From a virus: a stretch of DNA of 55,135 nucleotides. Made by a program: the position numbers and the translations under genes. The stretch lies in the UHGV virus genome UHGV-0258472; one strand, given 5' to 3'. The notes beneath the pieces are model-generated. The model did no database searches, was not told where the DNA came from, and was given only the letters and a program-made list of their open reading frames with translations. Positions within the stretch are counted from its first letter, which is position 1; the number at the start of each line of letters is the position of its first letter. This document shows, in pieces, positions 34,964 to 43,602 of this stretch.

Positions 34964-35637
34964 TTATCAGATCTCCATATTGAATGCGTTTGTCGAACAT
35001 AAGCGGGCCGCATTTGCTCGCGGCGGCTTAGCAGTCCGGCATTGTCATGATGCAAAACAGTGTTATCTCCCAGGTAAATCATCGCGTGGCATGGGTCAGC
35101 ACCCTTGAACGGCTGCCGGATAATTACATCTCCAGGCTGGATGCTTTGCGCGTCAACCTGATAAAACCCGTTTAGCGGCAAGTTTTTTAAATACAGGTTT
35201 TCACCACGCAACCACCACCCATCAAGGCGCTCGAAGTCGGGCAGATCCACGCCGCAAAGGTGATAGGCGTCGCGGAAAAGCGCGTAGCAGTCTGTTTTCC
35301 CGTGTTCAAATTTTCTGCCTAACAGGTGCGCTACCGGACGGAATTTCCTGATCCTTCCGCCTGAATACAAAAGCCAGGGTAGCCCTGAAATAACTTGCTG
35401 TTGTCGATCCCGTGCCGACAATACCGGAATATCATCAACGTGAGAGTGAAAAACGGCGGTTATAACGCCCAATTCGTCAGCTTTGATGTAATCGTCCGGC
35501 GAAATTTTGAAGCTGTTGTATGGTGTTTCAGACACGTTAGCGCACGGGTAAAAATATTCGTTATCTATTACCAGTCCGCAAACTTCTTCAAACTGATGCG
35601 CGGCGGCATAACGCAACATTTTGTCTTCCATTACCAT
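34906..35637 (-). CDS. tail assembly protein (lambda K-like; MPN/JAB plus NlpC/P60-like)
   Basis: AVFHSHVDD (MPN-type HxH) motif and Cys/His peptidase region; start chosen at ATG 35637 just after L-like stop. Confidence 0.65.
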   Translation of the reverse strand: MVMEDKMLRYAAAHQFEEVCGLVIDNEYFYPCANVSETPYNSFKISPDDYIKADELGVITAVFHSHVDDIPVLSARDRQQQVISGLPWLLYSGGRIRKFRPVAHLLGRKFEHGKTDCYALFRDAYHLCGVDLPDFERLDGWWLRGENLYLKNLPLNGFYQVDAQSIQPGDVIIRQPFKGADPCHAMIYLGDNTVLHHDNAGLLSRREQMRPAYVRQTHSIWRSDKCSNLDLRAIFEDITAKCI

Positions 35638-35639
35638 GA

Positions 35640-36344
35640 TTAACCTACCTTGCTGGAACCAGGGAAACAGGAGATTGGTAGCGGATTTGGACGCGGGAAA
35701 CGCAAACGACAACCGCTTAGACGGTGGCTGCATCTGTCGGCTTTAGGATCGCTTGTCGGCTCGTCTTTATCGTTTGCCACTGGTCCGCCAGAGTACATAC
35801 ATCCGTCGCCTCTGTATTGCCACTGGCAAACGTCAGCAAGGATGGTGCGCCCAGGGATAACGGCCTTATCAGCATCAATTGGCGTTGACAGCTCATATTG
35901 CACCTGATCCGCTGTTTCCTCGCTCATGGCCTCCACGACATAAAAAGATACAGCCTCAATAGATGGATCTGCGTCTGGATTGCCGTTATGGAAGTTAACA
36001 GCGTCCAGGTATTTTACTTCCACCTGGCGGCGCGTTACCTTCATTCCTCTAAGGTCGTTGAAATCGTTATTCATCCCCGTAATAAGTCCGCCGATGTTGG
36101 CTACAACCATTTGGGGACGTGAGTAAACGCCTTCGTTTTTCATTTCGAAGCCAGTCGCTTCGATCGGGTAGCTGTTGTAAGCTACTCCCTTCCAGATAAC
36201 CGGGCCGTAATATCCATTCGCGCCGGAATGGAAGCGGATAACCTCGCCTCCCAGTGGCGTAAGGTCCAATTCAAACAAGTCAATTACCGCGCCGACTCCG
36301 GCATCTACGGAATCAATAATCATCTCTGTAGGTATATTGCGCAT
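35640..36344 (-). CDS. minor tail protein (lambda L-like)
   Basis: C-terminal Cys cluster and RFPRPNPLPISCFPG motif typical of gpL; ATG 36344 with SD aaaggtga. Confidence 0.7.
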   Translation of the reverse strand: MRNIPTEMIIDSVDAGVGAVIDLFELDLTPLGGEVIRFHSGANGYYGPVIWKGVAYNSYPIEATGFEMKNEGVYSRPQMVVANIGGLITGMNNDFNDLRGMKVTRRQVEVKYLDAVNFHNGNPDADPSIEAVSFYVVEAMSEETADQVQYELSTPIDADKAVIPGRTILADVCQWQYRGDGCMYSGGPVANDKDEPTSDPKADRCSHRLSGCRLRFPRPNPLPISCFPGSSKVG

Positions 36345-36473
36345 TTTCTCACCTTTCGCTTTTTTGTGATCTGCATCACGCTAAATCATACCGAAATGGT
36401 TGATCGCGCTTTTTACAATATGTATATTTTACTCAAACGAAGTGGTAGTTAACAAAATGGCGCGGGGTGATTT

Positions 36474-36638
36474 ATGGTTGCTAAATTGTGGAAGCTAACA
36501 CTATTCATGAACGATGGAAGCGAAAGACTGATTGCACTATATGACGACGAAGGCGAGGCGCTAATAGACGCGCTTGAGCTTTCTGAGGATAGCCGCGTTT
36601 TGGGATACAGAATTAAACCTGTAAAACGTGAGGTTTAA
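36474..36638 (+). CDS. hypothetical small protein (54 aa), moron cassette B
   Basis: ATG 36474 with SD ggggtga; antisense to tail genes. Confidence 0.4.
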   Translation: MVAKLWKLTLFMNDGSERLIALYDDEGEALIDALELSEDSRVLGYRIKPVKREV

Positions 36639-36642
36639 CAAA

Positions 36643-37044
36643 ATGCAAAAGTATCGTCTCGATGTATGGATGGCAGGAAGTAATGACTGGGAAGGTTACG
36701 GATTGCATGATAGTTACGAAATGGCGGTAGAGGAAGGGGAAAAACTTGTTCGCTTCTTCGGTCGCGCCAGGGAATTCAGAATAACTCCTGTACAAATAGC
36801 CGAGAAGGTGGAAGAGATGAACCCGAAAGATATTAACTTTAACGTCAATGTTGATTTTGCTGATTCTATGGATCAGTCTTGCCCTGGTGAAATACACGCA
36901 AAAGGTTTCCCGGCAGACGATCCAGAAGCAAAACGCGAATACGAAAAGCGGCAAAAGATTTCTGTATCGATAACCTGGGCGCGTTCGATAAATAAGGTGG
37001 CAGTATGGCGCGGCGTAATCACGGTGATTATGTGTACACGTTGA
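36643..37044 (+). CDS. hypothetical protein (133 aa), moron cassette B
   Basis: ATG 36643 with SD gtgaggt. Confidence 0.45.
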   Translation: MQKYRLDVWMAGSNDWEGYGLHDSYEMAVEEGEKLVRFFGRAREFRITPVQIAEKVEEMNPKDINFNVNVDFADSMDQSCPGEIHAKGFPADDPEAKREYEKRQKISVSITWARSINKVAVWRGVITVIMCTR

Positions 37045-37253
37045 AACAGGCCGCCCGCCTTATCGGTTATCATGAACACGAATTTATTGATTTGCTGATT
37101 GAGCGCGGGATACTGTACCAGGTCTGTTTAACACTGTACCCAAAAGCGAAATACCTACAGGAAAAGTTATTCATCATCATGACGGATGAAAACCAGGTTA
37201 ATCACTCATTCGTCACTGATAAGGGGTTAACATACTTAAGGGAAACATTATGA
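37005..37253 (+). CDS. small HTH DNA-binding protein, moron cassette B
   Basis: ATG 37005 with SD aaggtgg; LKQAARLIGYHEHEFIDLLIERGIL HTH-like segment. Confidence 0.45.
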   Translation: MARRNHGDYVYTLKQAARLIGYHEHEFIDLLIERGILYQVCLTLYPKAKYLQEKLFIIMTDENQVNHSFVTDKGLTYLRETL

Positions 37254-37332
37254 TATGTGTGATCACTACATATTAGAAGTGATTATTATAATAATAGGAT
37301 TATTGTTTATTCTGCTATCAACAATGTAAAAC

Positions 37333-37349
37333 CCCGCTTCGCGCGGGGT
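37333..37349. terminator. bidirectional-looking GC hairpin terminator
   Basis: ccccgcttcgcgcgggg flanked by T-rich sequence on both strands. Confidence 0.45.
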
Positions 37350-37354
37350 CGTGT

Positions 37355-37540
37355 TTATACGCCATCAAGTAAGAATAAAACTTCCTTGCCTTCTCTCGAT
37401 CTGCATCCAACATAACCGTCACCAACATCATGAAGATACCATGTATCACCATTATCAGCTTTTACAGTAAGATCGTTGATCTCGTAGTCGTCAAACAATG
37501 TAAAAGCGCCCGTGCGGTCAACTACACAAATACCATACAT
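37355..37540 (-). CDS. small protein of the early-region paralog family, located inside the tail cluster
   Basis: ATG 37540 with SD ggaggt; GDTWYLHD / hydrophobic-D-x-G motif shared with 2406..3354 genes. Confidence 0.4.
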   Translation of the reverse strand: MYGICVVDRTGAFTLFDDYEINDLTVKADNGDTWYLHDVGDGYVGCRSREGKEVLFLLDGV

Positions 37541-37551
37541 ATTAACCTCCA

Positions 37552-37905
37552 TCATCTGACGACTTGCTCAAATGTTGCGTTTAGCGTGCATACCGGGCCG
37601 TCTTTCGTCATGCTCCACTTTCTACATACAAAAAGCCTTTGCACCCCGTCAGTGGATGGAGTCCAGTAAAACGCCTCGACCGCGCAACGTGCTCTTAAAA
37701 ATGCGTCAACCTGTAGCGCTACGTTTCCGTCGTCACCGCATCCGGCGCTCGTACCCTTAAAGACCAGCGTATAGCTATCAAGTAAAGGGTTAATCCCTTT
37801 TGTCTGCCTCTGTTCATACCCATCACCCAGTTTAATGACAGACACGTTAGGCTCACTGTTTACGCTGTAGCTTCTTTGTGGTGTCCATCGGAACACTTCA
37901 GGCAT
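37552..37905 (-). CDS. minor tail protein (lambda M-like)
   Basis: 117 aa; N-terminal EVFRWTP motif typical of phage minor tail protein M; ATG 37905. Confidence 0.65.
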   Translation of the reverse strand: MPEVFRWTPQRSYSVNSEPNVSVIKLGDGYEQRQTKGINPLLDSYTLVFKGTSAGCGDDGNVALQVDAFLRARCAVEAFYWTPSTDGVQRLFVCRKWSMTKDGPVCTLNATFEQVVR

Positions 37906-38072
37906 AAAACCCCCTATAAGTTACATTTTGTATATACCTTTACGCGATTCTACGCGAAAAATGAGATCTTCATCACAATGATTATAGCCAGTTTTCAAAA
38001 TGGCTTCACTTTGGAAATCACATATTGTATACAGAAAGCAAATAAGAAAGACGTTGCACAAAGGGGGATGTT

Positions 38073-38327
38073 ATGAAACTGGTAGCGATTGACAAAAACC
38101 TGAAAGCACAGAAAAACGCACAGGACCGGATCATCAAGAAAGGCAAGGAACTTCTTAAAGCATTTTTGAAGAAAGAAGCCCACCCCAAAAAGTTACGCGA
38201 CGGATACGGTTTTAAATTTGACATCAACCCAGATTGGCGGCTGTTCAGTGAAGACCTCAAGGTATGGTTAATCATCGATCATCTTGAATACAACAGGCAC
38301 TGCGGAGTCAAAGGGGCGCATAAGTGA
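38073..38327 (+). CDS. hypothetical basic protein (84 aa), moron cassette A
   Basis: ATG 38073 with SD agggggat. Confidence 0.45.
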   Translation: MKLVAIDKNLKAQKNAQDRIIKKGKELLKAFLKKEAHPKKLRDGYGFKFDINPDWRLFSEDLKVWLIIDHLEYNRHCGVKGAHK

Positions 38328-38335
38328 GGCGTGAT

Positions 38336-38428
38336 ATGGAAGACGATAAATTCACCTGGCGTGAGATCTGGAACATCTGGCAAGTGATGTTTGCTCGCAG
38401 CTACATAGCAAGAAACGGAAGATTGTAA
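38336..38428 (+). CDS. micro-ORF (30 aa), moron cassette A
   Basis: ATG 38336 with SD gtgagg. Confidence 0.3.
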   Translation: MEDDKFTWREIWNIWQVMFARSYIARNGRL

Positions 38429-38481
38429 TTTGCGGAGGAAAATAAAATGAAAACCCGGCAAATAAAAGCAATGTAAAACGT

Positions 38482-38616
38482 ATGGCCTGGATCGTAAAAT
38501 GGATGGATAGTAAAGGAGATACATATACTGAACCATTTTTCAAACATACTGACGCAGTATTTGCAAGAAGTGTAAGAGGCGGGAAAATTGAAAGAGGATA
38601 TACAAGTTTTGAGTAA
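38482..38616 (+). CDS. micro-ORF (44 aa), moron cassette A
   Basis: ATG 38482; no clear SD. Confidence 0.25.
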   Translation: MAWIVKWMDSKGDTYTEPFFKHTDAVFARSVRGGKIERGYTSFE

Positions 38617-38654
38617 ATTTATTTATGTGATTAATAGCACAGTGGAGATTGATA

Positions 38655-38834
38655 ATGATTATTAACGAAACGGAAGAATGCAGACGTATTACTCTTAGCA
38701 TTGAGTATGACGAAAGATTATGGCTTGAGTGCGACTGCGAATTGATCGTAATAGATAAAAAGCAAGCCGCAGAACTAATAAAGGCATTACAGCTTTATGT
38801 AAACGGCGAATTTAAAAATGATGAAATTGAATAA
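38655..38834 (+). CDS. hypothetical small acidic protein (59 aa), moron cassette A
   Basis: ATG 38655 with SD agtggaga (ORF-track first codon is TTG). Confidence 0.4.
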   Translation: MIINETEECRRITLSIEYDERLWLECDCELIVIDKKQAAELIKALQLYVNGEFKNDEIE

Positions 38835-38841
38835 AAGATAA

Positions 38842-38860
38842 CCCCGGCACAATGCCGGGG
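38842..38860. terminator. bidirectional rho-independent terminator between cassette A and tape measure gene
   Basis: ccccggcacaatgccgggg hairpin with T-runs on both strands. Confidence 0.55.
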
Positions 38861-38866
38861 TTATGT

Positions 38867-41206
38867 TTATTTGCGACGAGGTTGTAATATTCCGCCTGGT
38901 CTTTGTGATTCCCTTGTTATCATTTTCATTGCTACACGTTCCATTGTCTGCTCAAGTCTGCGGCTGTCATCGTCGCTAAATCCGTTTGTGGTCTGAATGT
39001 TGATATTGACAGGCATACTAATGCCGCCGCCACCGCCAATATCACGCCCAGGAATAATTCTGCCATTCTCGCCAGGGATCATATATTGATTTCCGTTAGA
39101 TGTCTGGAATAGCTCCGGCCTGTTGTGTTCCCCTACACGGTACATATTGCCACCAATGACGCTACCACCATTAAAGCGTCCTCCGCCAAAAATTGACGTC
39201 GCCAGCGACATGATCGCAGAAAGCGCCGCCGCACCAGCCGCCGCCCAGCTACCACCAGTTGACGCAGCCGTTGCCGCCGCTGCCGGGGCCGCCGCCGCAG
39301 CAATCTGGCCTTGTGCCGCTACCGCGCCAGCCGTGGTACTTGCCTGCGTTGCCTTGCTTTGTGTCTCCATCATGATTTGATCTGCTATCCAGTCAGCGGC
39401 TATATCTGAAAGTCTGCTACCAATATTGCCGAGGATATTGCTACCTAAGTTAGCAAAAACATCGCTCAATGATTGAGTACCGTTTAACAGACCAACAAGC
39501 GCATTGCTCATACCACCTTTAAGGCCATTAACGCAATCACCGATCAGGCCGTTAGTGTCGCTTTGCGCCTGCCATTGCTCCCACTTCAGATCGCGGATCT
39601 GCTGCTCATAGGCTAACAATTCCTGTTTCTGTTGCGCTTCGGTAGCCCCCAGGTCGATAAGCATTTGCTTACGAATTGCCCATTCATTCTGTACCTGCTG
39701 AATAGGGTCAACCTCGCCTTTTAGCTGGTCCATCGGGCTAACTATTTGCGACCATTTATCACGCAATTCATCTACAGGGATTTGCGCTAATTCTTCCTTC
39801 AGTTCCTTGCCTATCCCTTTTTGCGCGGCGCGGTACTCAAGGATGGTGATTTTACCCTGGGCGAATGCAGCATCAATGGCCTTGCCGTTCTCTAATGCTT
39901 TGCGCATGGCGGCGGCGTCTTTGTTGTACTGGTCAGAAACGCTTATGCCTTTGTCACCAAGCCGATCAGCTTCTGATTTCTTCTCTTTTTTCGGTTTTTT
40001 CGGCTTATCAACTGGCTGATCGAATCCGGTGATCTTGCCGTCGTTAGCCTCACCCTGTTTCTGCATGAACTCATCATAAGCGGCAGTCGCGTTTTTAATA
40101 TCGTTTGCAAACGTCATAACCTTGCCGACGGTAGGGCCGAATTTTTTCTCGTTGTTGCTGTTTAGCTCTTCCTTGCGTTTATCGACAATTTCCTTCATCC
40201 ATTTGTAGCCATCCATTAGCGCTTTTATTGGCGTTACCATTCTAATGATCTCTTCCGCCACCTCACCAGCCTTAACAGCCACGTCGTCAAACATGTCGAT
40301 GAATTCGCTACCAGCCGTTTTGAGTGTATCGAAGCATGTTTTAGCAAATTTAGCGCCCTCGCCAAGTCCTTTAACGCCCTTCGTGATTAAGTCGATAGCT
40401 GATACCACGCCGTCTGATACGCCGAAAAGATCGTCCAACTGCTCAACAAGGCCCATGATCTCTACTTTAAGCTCATTGATAGCCATACCGGATGTGCGCG
40501 GCAACTGAGCAAACTTATCGTTTGTTTCCTGCGTAGCCGCCTGGATCGCGTTGACCATCCTTTCAGCCGTGATCTTGCCGTCCAGCATTTCTGCGCGGAA
40601 CTGGCCCATTGATAATCCCATCTGGCGGGCCATTGTCTGTACGATGGTCGGGGTGTTCTCAAGAAGGCTGTTGAATTCTTCAGCACGGAGTACGCCGCCG
40701 TCGATAGCCTGGCGGAACTGGCGCATTGAGTTAGACATCTGTTCCGCTGATGCACCACCTAACGCTCCCATTTTCTGAATAGTGCCAACAAGGTTAAGTA
40801 ACTGGCCTTCAGTAGCGGATGTGTTCTTTAATGAGATGGCAAGTCCTTGCCATAATTCGCCAGTATCTTTCAGGCTCTGGCCTGTTTCTTTCGATATTGC
40901 TTTCAGGCCGTCGAAAACCCGTCCGGCGGACTCCGCATCGCCAGTAAGCATTTTGATTTTTACGCGTAGCATTTTTGCTTGTTCCGCCATATCCATAAAT
41001 TGGCGCACTGCTTCCGCAGCAAGTAGCAGATGGATGACCCTGGTCAGTGCTTTGATGGATGTTTTCAGGGTGTTTACCTGGCGGTCAGCCTGTTTTGCGC
41101 CGCGCTCTATACGGTCAAAGGCCTGGTCTGCCTGTCGTTGTGCAACGAGAAGTTGACCAGTTTTTGCATCAACCTCGTAATAAATTGTACCTACACTGGT
41201 AGCCAT
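38867..41206 (-). CDS. tail tape measure protein
   Basis: 779 aa, Ala/Gly/Gln-rich with long helical segments; position upstream of M/L/K/I/J; ATG 41206 with SD gaggt. Confidence 0.8.
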   Translation of the reverse strand: MATSVGTIYYEVDAKTGQLLVAQRQADQAFDRIERGAKQADRQVNTLKTSIKALTRVIHLLLAAEAVRQFMDMAEQAKMLRVKIKMLTGDAESAGRVFDGLKAISKETGQSLKDTGELWQGLAISLKNTSATEGQLLNLVGTIQKMGALGGASAEQMSNSMRQFRQAIDGGVLRAEEFNSLLENTPTIVQTMARQMGLSMGQFRAEMLDGKITAERMVNAIQAATQETNDKFAQLPRTSGMAINELKVEIMGLVEQLDDLFGVSDGVVSAIDLITKGVKGLGEGAKFAKTCFDTLKTAGSEFIDMFDDVAVKAGEVAEEIIRMVTPIKALMDGYKWMKEIVDKRKEELNSNNEKKFGPTVGKVMTFANDIKNATAAYDEFMQKQGEANDGKITGFDQPVDKPKKPKKEKKSEADRLGDKGISVSDQYNKDAAAMRKALENGKAIDAAFAQGKITILEYRAAQKGIGKELKEELAQIPVDELRDKWSQIVSPMDQLKGEVDPIQQVQNEWAIRKQMLIDLGATEAQQKQELLAYEQQIRDLKWEQWQAQSDTNGLIGDCVNGLKGGMSNALVGLLNGTQSLSDVFANLGSNILGNIGSRLSDIAADWIADQIMMETQSKATQASTTAGAVAAQGQIAAAAAPAAAATAASTGGSWAAAGAAALSAIMSLATSIFGGGRFNGGSVIGGNMYRVGEHNRPELFQTSNGNQYMIPGENGRIIPGRDIGGGGGISMPVNINIQTTNGFSDDDSRRLEQTMERVAMKMITRESQRPGGILQPRRK

Positions 41207-41455
41207 AATTTAACCTCATACAAAATGTGATCTATGTCTCTATTTTATACAAAATGGCTTCATTTCAACGAATACATTTTGTATAAAGAAGGTGAAGGAT
41301 GAGAGAGATAAAAGAAGGTCGAAGGATATAAAGGATTAAGACTTGAAGCACAGCTAACCGATGGAACGAGGGAGGCGAAAACCCCTAAAACTAAGGAAAC
41401 AGCAAAGGGATTTAAAAGGCCGGATTAACCGGAGGAAGCAAAAGAGGATAAGAAA

Positions 41456-41545
41456 ATGAAAAACGTAAACTACCGCCCCAACGAACATGAACGCTATGCG
41501 GACTTCATCGAAGAAATGTTAAAAGCACTTAAAAACAAAAATTAA
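41456..41545 (+). CDS. micro-ORF (29 aa), moron cassette C
   Basis: ATG 41456 with SD agaggata. Confidence 0.35.
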   Translation: MKNVNYRPNEHERYADFIEEMLKALKNKN

Positions 41546-41556
41546 GCGAGGCGCAC

Positions 41557-41664
41557 ATGGATACCATCAAAAGCATCATAGAAGTGTATATATCAGCATG
41601 GGTGGCTTTTAATGTAATGGCTGTATTCGTGCTGGCATTAACAATAAAAGGCGAATGTAAATAA
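41557..41664 (+). CDS. small hydrophobic peptide (35 aa), moron cassette C
   Basis: ATG 41557 with SD gaggcg; single TM-like segment. Confidence 0.35.
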   Translation: MDTIKSIIEVYISAWVAFNVMAVFVLALTIKGECK

Positions 41665-41675
41665 GGCGGTGCATC

Positions 41676-41978
41676 ATGGAACTAGTAATTCTCTTTATTG
41701 GATTTGTGGTAACTATGGTTGTAGCCGAGAAAAAACATCTTAATATGTTCCTTGCATTTATTGGCGCTCTGATTTGTTGGCCTGCTGTATTGATTTACGC
41801 CCTATGCGTCAACAAGAAGATGTTTAAACACTACATAGATGCTTTAACTTTCGTCAACATGGAGTTTTCTGACGCAACTGACGTACAGAAAGCACAGATC
41901 GCGACTTATCTTTACGATAACGTGTACACAGTCCATGATTTAGAAGAGGCAAGATGGCGCTTTGCAGCATACAAATAA
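41676..41978 (+). CDS. small membrane protein (100 aa, two TM segments), moron cassette C
   Basis: ATG 41676 with SD aaggcggtg; hydrophobic N-terminal half. Confidence 0.5.
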   Translation: MELVILFIGFVVTMVVAEKKHLNMFLAFIGALICWPAVLIYALCVNKKMFKHYIDALTFVNMEFSDATDVQKAQIATYLYDNVYTVHDLEEARWRFAAYK

Positions 41979-41986
41979 AAATAAAG

Positions 41987-42004
41987 GCCCGGTTAATTCC
42001 GGGC
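41987..42004 (+). terminator. rho-independent terminator after cassette C
   Basis: gcccggttaattccgggc hairpin followed by tttttcttg. Confidence 0.55.
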
Positions 42005-42685
42005 TTTTTCTTGCTTGCGATTTTTCATTCTTTCCAGTGCCTTTTTAGCGGCCTCCATTTGCTCATCATAAGCACGTTTATTTATGTGAACATTTGGCTT
42101 GCTTCTCTCGTTTCTTTCGTCTGGCGGCGTTTTAGCGCGCACAGCGGCCCTGTATCCGGTCATTGTCATATTCCACGCTTCTGATTCAGATAATCCCAGG
42201 TGAGCTACGGCAGAATAAACGAATTCAAGGACGTCAAATGTCGGCTTATATTCACCTTCCCGGATCTCCCCAGCGTATTCTTCCGGTCCATCACCGATTA
42301 AACCGTGGTACATGCAATGCTGCGCAAGCGTGATGACGTCATCAGTAGGCATCAATCCGGGTTTTAGTCGTAACTTGCCAGAAGGAGTAAACCAGCATTC
42401 GCCAAGCAATGGCCCTGTTTCCTCTTCTGAGCAACATTTCAGGATGCGCATAGATGTTTGCACTATCTCACCATAACACCGCGCCAGAATGCGATTGCGT
42501 AGGTCTGGATCTGCTGGCAATCGTGATGGATATTTGCCACCGTGGATGGTTGCGAAGTATTCTACCAGTTCTCTGTCACTGCCGATCTTAGCCATTGCAG
42601 CGAAGCAGGGATTAAACACATACCGCCTGCCATCGACTACAGCCGCAAATTGTCCAGTTCGAACATGAATCATAGCTTTCACCAT
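41993..42685 (-). CDS. putative tail assembly chaperone (by position between major tail and tape measure genes)
   Basis: Position only; start may be ATG 42673. Confidence 0.35.
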   Translation of the reverse strand: MVKAMIHVRTGQFAAVVDGRRYVFNPCFAAMAKIGSDRELVEYFATIHGGKYPSRLPADPDLRNRILARCYGEIVQTSMRILKCCSEEETGPLLGECWFTPSGKLRLKPGLMPTDDVITLAQHCMYHGLIGDGPEEYAGEIREGEYKPTFDVLEFVYSAVAHLGLSESEAWNMTMTGYRAAVRAKTPPDERNERSKPNVHINKRAYDEQMEAAKKALERMKNRKQEKARN

Positions 42686-42693
42686 AAAAGAAA

Positions 42694-42708
42694 GGGGCCA
42701 ACGGCCCC
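42694..42708 (-). terminator. hairpin terminator after major tail protein gene
   Basis: ggggccgttggcccc followed by tttctttt on minus strand. Confidence 0.45.
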
Positions 42709-42726
42709 GATTATTAATATTGATTA

Positions 42727-43203
42727 TTATGCTGCTGGGATGTCGCCAACCGTCACCTTACCAGCGCTTGAGCACTCAATAGACCAGGTGGAGACATCAT
42801 CGTTCGGATCTTCCTCTTTGAAGGAGGTGCAAAGGAATGGACCTTCAGTTACATCAACCGGGGAAACAAGTTTAAGCCACACATAAGGCTGAGATCCGGT
42901 TGTTTCACCAGGGTTAATAACGTGACGCTTCAGTTCTTTCTGATTATGGATTGCTTCAGTACGGGATACACCGTCACCTGAGAAAGAAATAGATTTGTAA
43001 GTGACAAGTGATTCTTTGGTGTAGTCTGCTGATTTATCAGCGGTGGCGTCTGCGGTTTCCCATTCGACGGAAAGCGTTTTGCCGCGCATCATGCCTAACG
43101 CTTTATAGGTTTCATCTGACGGTTTCGCGTTAGGACAAGCGATAGCGTAGAATACAGCCACGTCGCGGCCCAAAAACGCGCCCTTTTCGCAAGTCTGAGA
43201 CAT
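42727..43203 (-). CDS. major tail (tube) protein
   Basis: 158 aa; strong SD aagaggt; followed by terminator; position upstream of chaperone/TMP. Confidence 0.55.
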   Translation of the reverse strand: MSQTCEKGAFLGRDVAVFYAIACPNAKPSDETYKALGMMRGKTLSVEWETADATADKSADYTKESLVTYKSISFSGDGVSRTEAIHNQKELKRHVINPGETTGSQPYVWLKLVSPVDVTEGPFLCTSFKEEDPNDDVSTWSIECSSAGKVTVGDIPAA

Positions 43204-43215
43204 GTTTATTACCTC

Positions 43216-43602
43216 TTATCTAGATATGATGGTTTGAAAAGCTACGGTGAAAATAAAGCGCCCTTCTCTTGTCTGCATCGCAGGAATAGCGCCTACTGGC
43301 TTCATGTGTGTAATTTTATCAGTTTTATATTCTGTTAACATACTTTGACGGATGGCGTCGGCAAGGTCTTCCACTTCACTGATATTTGCGTCATTCCGCG
43401 CCGAAATAACCAGGATGCGGAAACAATCACGGGTTATTGCTTCCTCACCAGCCGCGCCGCCGTTTTGCTGGATAACAATGTATCGGTCGTTATTCGAATT
43501 GGATTTTTCATTCCAGAAGCGGGCCTGCAAAATATAGCCTTTATCGTACCCGTGGGATTTAATCCAATCCCTTATTTCGTCGTATACTTCGCTGCGTTTC
43601 AT
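43216..43602 (-). CDS. putative tail terminator / tail completion protein
   Basis: Position and size; ATG 43602 with SD. Confidence 0.4.
   Translation of the reverse strand: MKRSEVYDEIRDWIKSHGYDKGYILQARFWNEKSNSNNDRYIVIQQNGGAAGEEAITRDCFRILVISARNDANISEVEDLADAIRQSMLTEYKTDKITHMKPVGAIPAMQTREGRFIFTVAFQTIISR

Noticed and set aside
39123-41230. Plus-strand ORFs and Ala/Gly-rich low-complexity segments inside the tape measure gene
   Set aside because: GC-rich repetitive coding sequence produces long antisense open frames; the GCCGCC-type repeats are coding low complexity, not regulatory or CRISPR repeats.
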